A model generated the notes under the pieces. That model searched no databases, had not been told where the DNA came from, and saw only the letters and a program-made list of their open reading frames with translations. A stretch of DNA of 50,909 bases from an uncultured Gammaproteobacteria bacterium (GTDB taxonomy: Bacteria > Patescibacteriota > Microgenomatia > UBA8517). Each line of letters opens with the position of its first letter. Position 1 is the stretch's first letter. The stretch is taken from the NCBI GenBank assembly GCA_964489145.1, contig CAZAXL010000001.1, forward strand, positions 1-50,909, given 5' to 3'. This document shows positions 19,419 to 28,054 of this stretch, piece by piece. A program made the position numbers and the translations under genes.

Positions 19419-20786
19419 TTAACTTCTGATTATTGCTAAAACTTCGTCTCTTTTTTGTTCCATCAATTCTTTTGATTTAGCTTCTAAAGTCAGACGTAAA
19501 AGAGATTCTGTATTGCTTGGCCTCACGCAAAAACGATAGTCTGAATATTCAACGGCCACTCCATCCAACCTGGAAACTTCGGCATCTGAATACTTCTGGG
19601 CTATTTCGTTCATTTTTCCCTCTTTATCGGATACGTCACTGTTAATTTCACCGGATATAAAATATTTGGAAAGTACCGGCGCCATAATATTCGACAATTT
19701 CTCTCCTGTTTCACTTAAATACTCCAAAACCTGCATCGGAGGGATCATGCCGCAATCCGAATACCAATAATCACGATAGTATGTATGCCCGCTACTTTCT
19801 GCCCCAAAAAGTGCATTTTGTCCCTTTAAAATCTCCTTAATGTAGGAATGGCCAACCCTACTAATGGTGGGTGTACCTCCATTTTCTTTGATTGCATCCA
19901 GAAGTGCCCATGTATATCTGGGGTCATAGACAATCTTTTCATTAGGATGCTTTTTCAACATTTGTTTGATAAGTATTGTGTTCAAAAAATACGGCTCAAC
20001 GAAAAGACCGCCATCCGCACAGAAGAATACTCGGTCGGAATCGGCATCCCAAGTGATTCCCAAATCAGCACCGCTAGTTTTGACAAGTTCTGAAAATTCC
20101 ACTCTGTTTTCAGGGATGAAAGGATCAGGGCGTCCTTTAGGAAAATTACCATCGGGCTCAAAGTTTAGTTTGATTAGTTCTAGAGGAAGTTTCCCCATTT
20201 CAACAATTTTTTCAAATATTTTTCCTCCCAATCCAAAATTGGGATTTAATACAACTTTCATGGGTTTTATCTTAGCTACATCGATCCAACTTAAAATGTG
20301 CTTGCAGTAGTCTTCCCAGATGTCCATTTTTCTGACACTGCCTTTTTTATCGGAGTTTAATTTTTTGCCGGAAAGCACAAAGTCGCGAACCTGTCCGATT
20401 CCGTGCTCCAGTGTCATTGGTGTAGGGCCTTTTTCAACCATTTTTAAGCCGTGCCACTCGGGAGGATTGTGTGAAGCAGTAGATTGAAGTCCCCCTCCGA
20501 ATTTATAGTTTCCGACGCCGAAATAAAGCATATCGGTTGACATAAAGCCCACATCCACCACATCGATGCCGGCATCTGTAAGCCCCTTGATGACGCTATC
20601 TTTGAGAGCCTCGGAATGAAGTCTTATATCCATACCGATCATTACTTCCCCTTCAGGTTTGGCAAAATCGGCGTAGCCCTGGCCAATGGCGTAAGCAATG
20701 TCTTCGTTAATGGAGCCGGGATAAATTCCTCTAATATCGTATGCTTTAAAAATTGAAGAATCGATTGTCATTTCAGATGCTATCAT
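19419..20786 (-). CDS. Phosphomannomutase/phosphoglucomutase
   Basis: FKAYDIRG, TASHNP (phospho-Ser), DADSDR metal loop, GAESSGH, RPSNTE. Confidence 0.95.
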   Translation of the reverse strand: MIASEMTIDSSIFKAYDIRGIYPGSINEDIAYAIGQGYADFAKPEGEVMIGMDIRLHSEALKDSVIKGLTDAGIDVVDVGFMSTDMLYFGVGNYKFGGGLQSTASHNPPEWHGLKMVEKGPTPMTLEHGIGQVRDFVLSGKKLNSDKKGSVRKMDIWEDYCKHILSWIDVAKIKPMKVVLNPNFGLGGKIFEKIVEMGKLPLELIKLNFEPDGNFPKGRPDPFIPENRVEFSELVKTSGADLGITWDADSDRVFFCADGGLFVEPYFLNTILIKQMLKKHPNEKIVYDPRYTWALLDAIKENGGTPTISRVGHSYIKEILKGQNALFGAESSGHTYYRDYWYSDCGMIPPMQVLEYLSETGEKLSNIMAPVLSKYFISGEINSDVSDKEGKMNEIAQKYSDAEVSRLDGVAVEYSDYRFCVRPSNTESLLRLTLEAKSKELMEQKRDEVLAIIRS

Positions 20787-21457
20787 TCTAATTGTTTAAT
20801 AATGAGTAGGTCAAGTTCATCTTCAAGATTTGCCTTTGAAGTTTTTACCTCGATATCCATTTTACTCAAAAGGTCAATGAACTGTCGTAACTTTTCCGAG
20901 GTAAATTTTGATGCTTGGGATTTTAGCTTATTCATTTTCCAAAAAGGGAATCCGGTTGAGGCAGCATCTACCTTTACCCAGTAAAGATCTTTAAAATGCC
21001 TCGCAATTAGGGAAAAAACAAATTCAACCGGTTCTTTTTCCAGAATTTTGTGTAGAGTTTTAACTGAGTATTCCGATCTTCCCGGAATAAGATTATCAAG
21101 AAAATTCCAAAGAAGTACCGGAAGTTTAAACTCCTCAATTTTTGAATCATTCGGAAAACTTTTAAGTATGGTGGCATTTAGCGTGCCCTCAAAATAAATT
21201 ATTAAATTTCCCGGAAGTTCTTTATATTTTTTGTTTAGCCAAACAAATTCTTTTTTACCAAGTTTTTTTATGTCTTTCAAAATAAAAAACTGTTCAGATC
21301 CAAAAAGCGATGATGCCGATAAAACCTCTTCAAAGTTTTGATTGGATTCGTCGATGTAGGAGACCTCCCAGGATCTCTCTCTTGCCACATCGATAAACTT
21401 TTTAAGGCGCAGATAACTTTTTCCGATATCATCCCCATGTAAAATAATTATTTTCAT
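20783..21457 (-). CDS. holA: DNA polymerase III delta subunit-like protein (short)
   Basis: LHGDD N-terminus, SSLFG motif, C-terminal helical domain with K+ +QA +F and L +MD EVKTS. Confidence 0.65.
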   Translation of the reverse strand: MKIIILHGDDIGKSYLRLKKFIDVARERSWEVSYIDESNQNFEEVLSASSLFGSEQFFILKDIKKLGKKEFVWLNKKYKELPGNLIIYFEGTLNATILKSFPNDSKIEEFKLPVLLWNFLDNLIPGRSEYSVKTLHKILEKEPVEFVFSLIARHFKDLYWVKVDAASTGFPFWKMNKLKSQASKFTSEKLRQFIDLLSKMDIEVKTSKANLEDELDLLIIKQLE

Positions 21458-21874
21458 TTAGTGATAACTTTCAAAATATTTATCAATTAAAATTTCAAGT
21501 TTACCTTTGAAACTTCCTTTCCCGTGTCTGGTGTGAGGAACCAAAGCCCCTGAAAAATTTTTCGGGATATGGCTTATTTCGTGAAGAAGTACTTTATCTT
21601 GCTCTTTTGGAGAAAGTTTATCAAAATACCCCGAAATTACCTCAATTATATAAGCAGGCTCTGTTCCTAACGCATGTTGCCAGATTTTAGGCAAACCCCA
21701 AATCCTGGCATACGCTCTGGCTTTTGATCCTTGAGAACGGTAAAAAAACAGTCTCTCTCCGAGAAGATAATCAAGCTGAAGCCCCTCCATTAAGGTTAAA
21801 ACACGCGCTTTAATATCAGGAGCTTCCTGCCAATTAAATTTTGAAAACCTCGACCCCTTCTTTGACCTCCTCAT
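21458..21874 (-). CDS. Putative small zinc metallopeptidase
   Basis: LLHEISHIP HExxH motif; RAYARIWGL. Confidence 0.75.
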   Translation of the reverse strand: MRRSKKGSRFSKFNWQEAPDIKARVLTLMEGLQLDYLLGERLFFYRSQGSKARAYARIWGLPKIWQHALGTEPAYIIEVISGYFDKLSPKEQDKVLLHEISHIPKNFSGALVPHTRHGKGSFKGKLEILIDKYFESYH

Positions 21875-21938
21875 TAGTCTTCAATCCTACCACAAGATTT
21901 AGCAACTTCCTATATAAATTCTTGTGGAGGACTCGAAA

Positions 21939-22184
21939 TCACACCTTAAAAATTTCCGTTCCTTCCCTTACGACTTCTTGTGTTTTGAGGCCTACCACAT
22001 CTCCTTTCCCTGCGGAATCCTTTTTTTCATGTTCAATCTGGATAGAATCGACATTTTGCTCAAACAAATCTTCCCCTTCTCGGCTAAATTTAATTTTGTC
22101 TCCTACAGCAAGAGTGCCATCAAGCTCAACTATGGCTACACCGATTTTATCGTAAAAATGGACTACGTGACCGATTTTAAACAG
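21939..22184 (-). CDS. Small beta-barrel protein ('translation elongation factor-like'/U32 peptidase C-terminal-like); probable CTG start; absent from the ORF track
   Basis: Hand translation: (M)FKIGHVVHFYDKIGVAIVELDGTLAVGDKIKFSREGEDLFEQNVDSIQIEHEKKDSAGKGDVVGLKTQEVVREGTEIFKV*, 81 aa. SD GGGGGTGA at 22191-22198 lies 6 nt before the CTG. Confidence 0.85.
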   Translation of the reverse strand: MFKIGHVVHFYDKIGVAIVELDGTLAVGDKIKFSREGEDLFEQNVDSIQIEHEKKDSAGKGDVVGLKTQEVVREGTEIFKV

Positions 22185-22692
22185 CTTTACTCACCCCCTT
22201 TCCTTCACCAATTTTAAATGCATGAGTTAGGGCAATGGCTAGTGCATCGGCGGCATCGTCAAAATGAGTTTTTTTGTGCTTCTCACTTTTAACACGATTT
22301 CCCAAAATCTTTCTGATTGAAGCTTGGACATCCTTTTTGTTTGCACGGCCGCTTCCCGTAATCATTTTTTTAATTGTACCGGGTGCATATTCTTCAACTC
22401 TAACCTTGGTTTTTGAGGCTGCCAAAAGCATTACACCCTGGGCCTGTCCCACAGCAATTGCAGTTTTGGCATTATTGGAGAAAAAGATTTTTTCAAAGAC
22501 AAAAACATCGGGTTTGTGTCTGTTAATAAGGCTTATTGTTTCTTCAAAAATAAAGTCAAGGCGTGTCTCTTTGAGGAGACTTTTATCTGTTTCGATGAGT
22601 CCCCACTCAACCACTTCATTTCCGTTTCCGTTAAGTCTGACAAGCCCAAAACCGGTTGTAGCTGTACCGGGATCAATCCCTAAAATTAACAT
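22177..22692 (-). CDS. ruvC: Holliday junction resolvase RuvC
   Basis: ILGIDPG, EKIFF, GQAQG, DDAADALAIA. Confidence 0.96.
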   Translation of the reverse strand: MLILGIDPGTATTGFGLVRLNGNGNEVVEWGLIETDKSLLKETRLDFIFEETISLINRHKPDVFVFEKIFFSNNAKTAIAVGQAQGVMLLAASKTKVRVEEYAPGTIKKMITGSGRANKKDVQASIRKILGNRVKSEKHKKTHFDDAADALAIALTHAFKIGEGKGVSKAV

Positions 22693-22726
22693 TAGCTACA
22701 TTATAACAGGATTAGAAGAAATAGAA

Positions 22727-22787
22727 CGGGCAGGCACTCATCACAATTAAACTAAAAATCAGTTTAAAGTGACAGTAATCCTGCCCG
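22727..22787. other. 61-nt intergenic hairpin (inverted repeat) of unknown function
   Basis: CGGGCAGG (22727-34)/CCTGCCCG (22780-87); inner TCAC/GTGA and TTAAACT/AGTTTAA stems. Confidence 0.6.
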
Positions 22788-22811
22788 ATCGAAAAAACGT
22801 CCAATAAAGGG

Positions 22812-23075
22812 TTATTTTGATTTTTTACTAAGCTTTGGTTTAGCCTCACCCATTTTGGAAAACACAAAAATATAAAGAATATCCAAAATTCCCAATGTAT
22901 GTACCAAGAGTAAAACTACAAACCAAGCTTTACTTCCGTTTCTGGCAGCTTTCCAAAGTGCCATACCCATCCAAAAAAGACTCCAGATTGCAATTGGAAT
23001 TACAAACATACTGAGCCAGCCTGCCAAAACCCCGGGAACAAAAGCACCTGTATATCCATTCCAGTATGAATTCAT
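22812..23075 (-). CDS. Small membrane protein, DUF5652-like
   Basis: WSLFWMGMALWKAARN..KAWFVVLLLVHTLGILDILYIF pattern; SD GGGGGTGA upstream. Confidence 0.8.
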   Translation of the reverse strand: MNSYWNGYTGAFVPGVLAGWLSMFVIPIAIWSLFWMGMALWKAARNGSKAWFVVLLLVHTLGILDILYIFVFSKMGEAKPKLSKKSK

Positions 23076-23113
23076 TATCTAGTGTCACCCCCTTTTAAAA
23101 GCTTCATATATCC

Positions 23114-23142
23114 AATGTAGACGATCTGGAACATGTGTGCAA
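23114..23142 (-). promoter_or_regulatory. sigma70-type promoter TTGCAC-N17-TACATT
   Basis: Exact 17-nt spacing upstream of an SD-led gene. Confidence 0.55.
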
Positions 23143-23148
23143 GAAGAT

Positions 23149-23508
23149 TTAATCAACTAAGATAATTCTTGATTCTGTTAAGTTGCCGTCTTTGATTAGC
23201 AAAGCCACAACTTCAATCTTTAATTTTTTGGGTAGCTCCGGATGTAAGAGTGAATAATATTCTGCCGTTTTGGTAATTTTCCAGATTTTTCCCGGAGTGA
23301 CAGCTTCTTCGGGTCTTCCGAATTTAGTACTCCAGCGGGTCTTAACCTCAATAAAAATCAAAAAATCATCCTTGGTAGCAATAATATCAATTTCGCCAAA
23401 TCTACTTCTGAAGTTTCTGTCTATTATTTTATAGCCCTTTGATGATAGAAGATGTACCGCGAAGTCCTCTCCACTTTGACCGGTCTTACTTGTTGTTTTT
23501 GGAACCAC
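23149..23508 (-). CDS. YraN-family (UPF0102) nuclease-like protein
   Basis: G..GED.A...L..KGY.I..RNFRSRFGEIDII...FIEVKTR. Confidence 0.92.
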   Translation of the reverse strand: MVPKTTSKTGQSGEDFAVHLLSSKGYKIIDRNFRSRFGEIDIIATKDDFLIFIEVKTRWSTKFGRPEEAVTPGKIWKITKTAEYYSLLHPELPKKLKIEVVALLIKDGNLTESRIILVD

Positions 23509-23854
23509 TCTTAATTCTACTACCGGCTTTTTTGTAAATCATCTCAATCTCAGTCGGAGACTTAGACCTTGTAAAGTAAAGTTTGGATCTTTTAACCCCT
23601 TCTGTCCCTCTTTTAACTACGGTAATTTTGTCTATGGAGGGAAGGTTAACAGGAAAAATACGTTCAATTCCAATTCCGGCTTCACCAACTCTCCTGACCA
23701 AAAAAGTCTTTCCGGGTTCTCGACCTTTTATAGAAATAACCATCCCTTCAAAAATAGATTCACGGAATTTATCTCCGTCTTTTACTTTTTGAACAACACG
23801 AATTCTATCTCCAACACCAAACTCTGTCTCTTTAATCGAAATTTTTAATGCCAT
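23486..23854 (-). CDS. rplS: 50S ribosomal protein L19
   Basis: FGVGDRIRV, FEGMVI, GIGIERIFP, VKRSKLYF. Confidence 0.95.
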   Translation of the reverse strand: MALKISIKETEFGVGDRIRVVQKVKDGDKFRESIFEGMVISIKGREPGKTFLVRRVGEAGIGIERIFPVNLPSIDKITVVKRGTEGVKRSKLYFTRSKSPTEIEMIYKKAGSRIKSGSKNNK

Positions 23855-23887
23855 AGATTGATATTGTACAAGAAATCGGCTTTATCT

Positions 23888-26800
23888 TCAAGAAGACTTG
23901 TTTTCAAGGATGTCGCTAATTTTTTGAGCAAGAGATTCGTTCCAGTTTATTTTGAAAGGCAACTTAACGTTTCGCCCTCCGTCAAAAACAAGGTAGGCGT
24001 CTTTATCCCCAATATTTTCAGTCAGCAACAGTTTTAACCTTTTGAGACTATTTATATCAGTATCCTTTGGAATATTTATATATACTTCTCTGAATTTTTT
24101 CTCACCGATGCTGCCTATCGTTTCAATTGCGTCAACTATAATTCCCGGGGTCTCGTCACGAACATCAATCTTACCGGTTACCAAAAGCGGCTGCCCCTCA
24201 TTCCAAAAATCTCTTGTTTCTTTGAAAGTTTTAGGGAAAATAACAACCTCAATAGTTCCGGTTCCGTCATCCAGCTTTGCAAAAGCCATTTCAGCACCTG
24301 TTTTTTTAGTCGTAATAACTCTAACGCCTGCAACAACAGCAGCAACCCGAACAGTATCCACGTGTGTCTCAGTGCCCATGATTTCAATTATTTTATGGGT
24401 AGATTGGAACTCCAAAGGACCGATAATCTCACTAATCGGCTTAGCACTCAGGGAAAATCCTAGAAGTTGCCTTTCAAGAGTCTCAAGCTCCTCATCCGGA
24501 AACTCCTGAATGTTTGCGATTGTTATAACTGTCGAGGCCTCGGTTTTTTTAAGTTCCCCTGTTGCAAAAAGACCTTGCTGTAAGTCATCGTTTTTAGGTA
24601 CGCTAACTTTGTCACGAATTGAGTCCATTGCCGAAAGAAGTGCTGCTCTGCCGCCGAAAGCGGACATTGCACCGACCTTGATCAAGCTTTCCAATACCCG
24701 TTTGTTAATTTTTCTTCCATCAACTCTTGCCAAAAAACCGGCAAAAGATTCAAACCTGCCTTCAGCTCTGGCAGAAAGAATTGAGGAAATTGCAGCCTGA
24801 CCCACATTTTTGATAGCAGAAAGTCCGAACCTTATGGCTTTTCCGTTCAATGAATCTTTATCGTTTGTAATGGTAAATCCTATATCGGATTCGTTTATAT
24901 CCGGCGGAAGCACCTTTACCTTCATGCGCCTGCATTCGTTAATCGCAGCCGAAACTTTTTCTTTGTCGTCAGACTCTGCCGTAAGAAGGGCTGTCATGTA
25001 CTCAACAGGATAATTTGCTTTCATATATGCGGTTTCGTAGGCAATCATTCCATATGAAGCTGCATGAGCCTTGTTAAAACCATACGATTGGAAAGGTTCA
25101 AAAAGTTTCCAAAGGTTTTCTGCAAAACTCTCCGTTTGACCGTTGGAAATAATACCTTTAATAAATTTCTCCTTTTGTGCGGCCATTTCTTCAGGAATTT
25201 TTTTACCGACTGCTTTTCTGAATTTATCAGCCTCTTCCCAGGTATATCCGGCTAAATCAAGGGCACAGAAAAGTAAATCATCCTGATAGACGATGAGTCC
25301 ATAAGACATTCCAAGGAATTTTTCCATTCTAGGATCCAAATATTTAACCAATTTGGAATTATGTTTTCTTTTGATGTATTCGGGAATTTGAGAAATCGGA
25401 CCCGGTCTATAAAGCGCAACCATAGCCATGAGATCCTCTATCCTTGTGGGTTTAAGCTCAACCAAGTACTTAGTCATTCCACCGCTGGCAAGTTGAAAAA
25501 CACCCATTGTCTCACCGCTTGCGAGCATGTCAAAGGTTTTTTTATCATCAAGAGGAATACTATGCAGATCAACACTGACTCCGACCTCTTTTTTAACAAT
25601 ATCTACGGCTGCGCCAAGTATGGATAAATTTCTGATTCCAAGAATGTCAAATTTAATTAAACCAACATCTTCACAGGCATGCATTTCGTATTGAGTAATT
25701 ATCTTGTCTCCCGAAGGTTCTTTTTGCACTGGAGAAAAATCGGTAATTTCACTCGGTGAAACGACAACTCCGGCAGCATGAACCGAAACATGTCTGGCAT
25801 TGCCCTCAATCTGTATCGCCAAATCCAGAACCTTTTTGGTATCAGAATCTGTGTCATACATGGTCCGCAATTCAGGAACTTCCTCAAGTGCTTTGTCTAT
25901 TGTTATCGGAAAACCTTGCTTGGGCGGAGGAATCATTTTTGATATCTTGTCTCCCACAGAATATGGATAACCTAAAACTCTCGAGACATCTCTTACGGCG
26001 GCGCGGCTTAACATTCTTCCGAAAGTGCAAATTTGGGCAACTTTTTCCTTACCGTATTTATCCGTTATATATCCAATAATGTCGCTTCTGCGATCGTCAG
26101 CCACATCAAAGTCTATATCCGGCGGAGATGGCCTGAAAGGATTTAGAAACCTTTCAAAAGGCAAGTAGTATTTAAGAGGATCAACCGTAGTAATACCCAA
26201 AACATAAGAAACCAAACTTCCGGCGGCAGACCCTCTTGTATTGGTAATAATTCCTTTGCTGTTTGCCCAATGAACAATGTCGCGAACTATCAAAAAATAC
26301 GGGGCGTATCCCTTTTTGCAAATGATGTCCAGTTCATATTCCAGTCTTTCTTTTCCTTCTTTACCCGTATCCGGAGCTTTTTCGGACAAAAAATTTCTCG
26401 CCAGTTTTCTTAGTTCTTCATCGGCGGTCACTCCTTGTGGGAGCTCAAATTTTGGAAAATACCATTTACCAAGCGTAATCTCTAAATTACACTTTTCAGC
26501 TATTTTTACCGTATTTTCCAATGCATCGGGAACATCAGGGAAAAGATTTTTCATTTCATCGGGAGTTCTTAGATAAAAAGTGGGGGCATCTATATACCTC
26601 ATTCTTTTTGTATCATTCATTGTTTTGCCTGTAGAAATACAAACAAGAGCGTCCTGTGCAGTAGCGTCCGCAGGCTTTATATAGTGGGCATCGTTTGTAG
26701 CCATAAGCGGTATCCCCAGGTTTCTGCTTAACTTGATAATTCCATCGTTCCATTTTTTCTCACTATCCCTCATTTCGGTAAGATACGTTTTAATTTCCTG

Positions 26801-27364
26801 GTTTCCCGCCTTATCAATCCATTTTTCATATTCATGCCTTTGAATTTCCAGATAATAATCATCTTTAAAAACATCTGAATACCAGGAAACGATTTTCTTA
26901 GCTTCATCAAAATTATCCTCCAAAAGAGCTTGCCCGACCTCTCCCATGGGGCACGCTGAAGAACAGATTATTCCTTTAGAGTATTTTTTAAGAAGATCTC
27001 TGTCCATTCGCGGCCGGTAGTAATAACCGTCGATGTGAGCAACCGAAGAAATTTTCATTAAATTTTGATATCCTTCATGGTCTTTTGCCAAAAGTATGAC
27101 GTGATAATTTTTAACCCGTCCTCTTGCGGGTCTATCTTTCAAGTCTCCCGATGTAATATAGCCTTCCATTCCGATTATCGGCTTGACGCCCTGTTTCTGT
27201 GCCTCTTTGTAAAACTCAATTTCGCCGTACATTACTCCATGATCGGTAATTGCCACAGAATCCATATCGTTTTCCTTTACATACGCCAAGAGTTTGGGAA
27301 TGTTGCTTAAGCCATCAAGGAGAGAATATTCTGTGTGAACATGGAGATGTGTAAATTTAGGCAT
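23888..27364 (-). CDS. dnaE: DNA polymerase III alpha subunit
   Basis: PHP HLHVHTEYSLLDG, RGSAAGS, PDIDFD catalytic motif, FNKAH, C-terminal OB fold; no intein-sized insertion. Confidence 0.97.
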   Translation of the reverse strand: MPKFTHLHVHTEYSLLDGLSNIPKLLAYVKENDMDSVAITDHGVMYGEIEFYKEAQKQGVKPIIGMEGYITSGDLKDRPARGRVKNYHVILLAKDHEGYQNLMKISSVAHIDGYYYRPRMDRDLLKKYSKGIICSSACPMGEVGQALLEDNFDEAKKIVSWYSDVFKDDYYLEIQRHEYEKWIDKAGNQEIKTYLTEMRDSEKKWNDGIIKLSRNLGIPLMATNDAHYIKPADATAQDALVCISTGKTMNDTKRMRYIDAPTFYLRTPDEMKNLFPDVPDALENTVKIAEKCNLEITLGKWYFPKFELPQGVTADEELRKLARNFLSEKAPDTGKEGKERLEYELDIICKKGYAPYFLIVRDIVHWANSKGIITNTRGSAAGSLVSYVLGITTVDPLKYYLPFERFLNPFRPSPPDIDFDVADDRRSDIIGYITDKYGKEKVAQICTFGRMLSRAAVRDVSRVLGYPYSVGDKISKMIPPPKQGFPITIDKALEEVPELRTMYDTDSDTKKVLDLAIQIEGNARHVSVHAAGVVVSPSEITDFSPVQKEPSGDKIITQYEMHACEDVGLIKFDILGIRNLSILGAAVDIVKKEVGVSVDLHSIPLDDKKTFDMLASGETMGVFQLASGGMTKYLVELKPTRIEDLMAMVALYRPGPISQIPEYIKRKHNSKLVKYLDPRMEKFLGMSYGLIVYQDDLLFCALDLAGYTWEEADKFRKAVGKKIPEEMAAQKEKFIKGIISNGQTESFAENLWKLFEPFQSYGFNKAHAASYGMIAYETAYMKANYPVEYMTALLTAESDDKEKVSAAINECRRMKVKVLPPDINESDIGFTITNDKDSLNGKAIRFGLSAIKNVGQAAISSILSARAEGRFESFAGFLARVDGRKINKRVLESLIKVGAMSAFGGRAALLSAMDSIRDKVSVPKNDDLQQGLFATGELKKTEASTVITIANIQEFPDEELETLERQLLGFSLSAKPISEIIGPLEFQSTHKIIEIMGTETHVDTVRVAAVVAGVRVITTKKTGAEMAFAKLDDGTGTIEVVIFPKTFKETRDFWNEGQPLLVTGKIDVRDETPGIIVDAIETIGSIGEKKFREVYINIPKDTDINSLKRLKLLLTENIGDKDAYLVFDGGRNVKLPFKINWNESLAQKISDILENKSS

Positions 27365-27370
27365 ACATAA

Positions 27371-28054
27371 TTAAACTGGCTCTGTCTCAACACGATTACG
27401 TCCATTGTCTTTTGCTATATATAAAGCTTTATCTGCCCTGACCACTAGATTTTCAGGGGTATCAGTATCTCTGCTGACTGCCACCCCCATGCTTACTGTT
27501 TTTTCGACTTTTGTTTTTTCATCGATATTAAATTTCAAGTTAGCGATCATTTGCCTAAGATTTTCGGCCACGTTTTCGGCTATATCCGGATCATTTAGAT
27601 TGGACAGTATTATTGCAAATTCTTCTCCCCCATAGCGGGCTATGAAATCCTTTTCTCCGTTCAGGCGGGTAAGCCTTAAGCGGGCGGATAAAGTTCTCAC
27701 AAGTTCAATTAGGAGCCTATCGCCGTTTTTATGGCCGTAGGTATCGTTAAATTCTTTAAAATGATCTACATCCACCATAATTAAAGAAATCTTTTGTCCG
27801 CTTTGAAGTTTATGCTCCAGCTGCTGGTCAAGGAAGCGCCTGTTAAAGGCACCCGTGAGGGGGTCTCTGACATTCTCCGCTTTTAATTCTTCTGCTTTTT
27901 CGTACTTTGTAAGAATCTCGGCACCCAAGTCCGGGTTTGACAAAACAGCAGTTCCGCCGGGGATACTCGCTATTGTTTCATTAGCTTCCTTAGCCGCTTC
28001 CCGCTGGAAAGGCTTCTCTATCTGAATCGGGATCTCAGTTATTTTATCGCTCAT
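27371..28054 (-). CDS. Diguanylate cyclase (GGDEF domain, no sensor domain)
   Basis: DPLTG, DVDHFKEFND, RYGGEEF, RAD.ALY.AK..GRN. Confidence 0.92.
   Translation of the reverse strand: MSDKITEIPIQIEKPFQREAAKEANETIASIPGGTAVLSNPDLGAEILTKYEKAEELKAENVRDPLTGAFNRRFLDQQLEHKLQSGQKISLIMVDVDHFKEFNDTYGHKNGDRLLIELVRTLSARLRLTRLNGEKDFIARYGGEEFAIILSNLNDPDIAENVAENLRQMIANLKFNIDEKTKVEKTVSMGVAVSRDTDTPENLVVRADKALYIAKDNGRNRVETEPV

Noticed and set aside
21841-22217. Plus-strand ORFs 21841..22155 and 21924..22217
   Set aside because: They are shadows of the real minus-strand 81-codon gene and show no family motifs.
22734-22800. c-di-GMP riboswitch, prompted by the GGDEF gene
   Set aside because: The GEMM-I words (GGCAAAC, GAAA tetraloop, GACGCAAAG) are absent.
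23888-27364. Intein in DnaE, or an error-prone DnaE2 cassette
   Set aside because: The length is normal with continuous motifs and an intact PHP domain; no imuA/imuB nearby.
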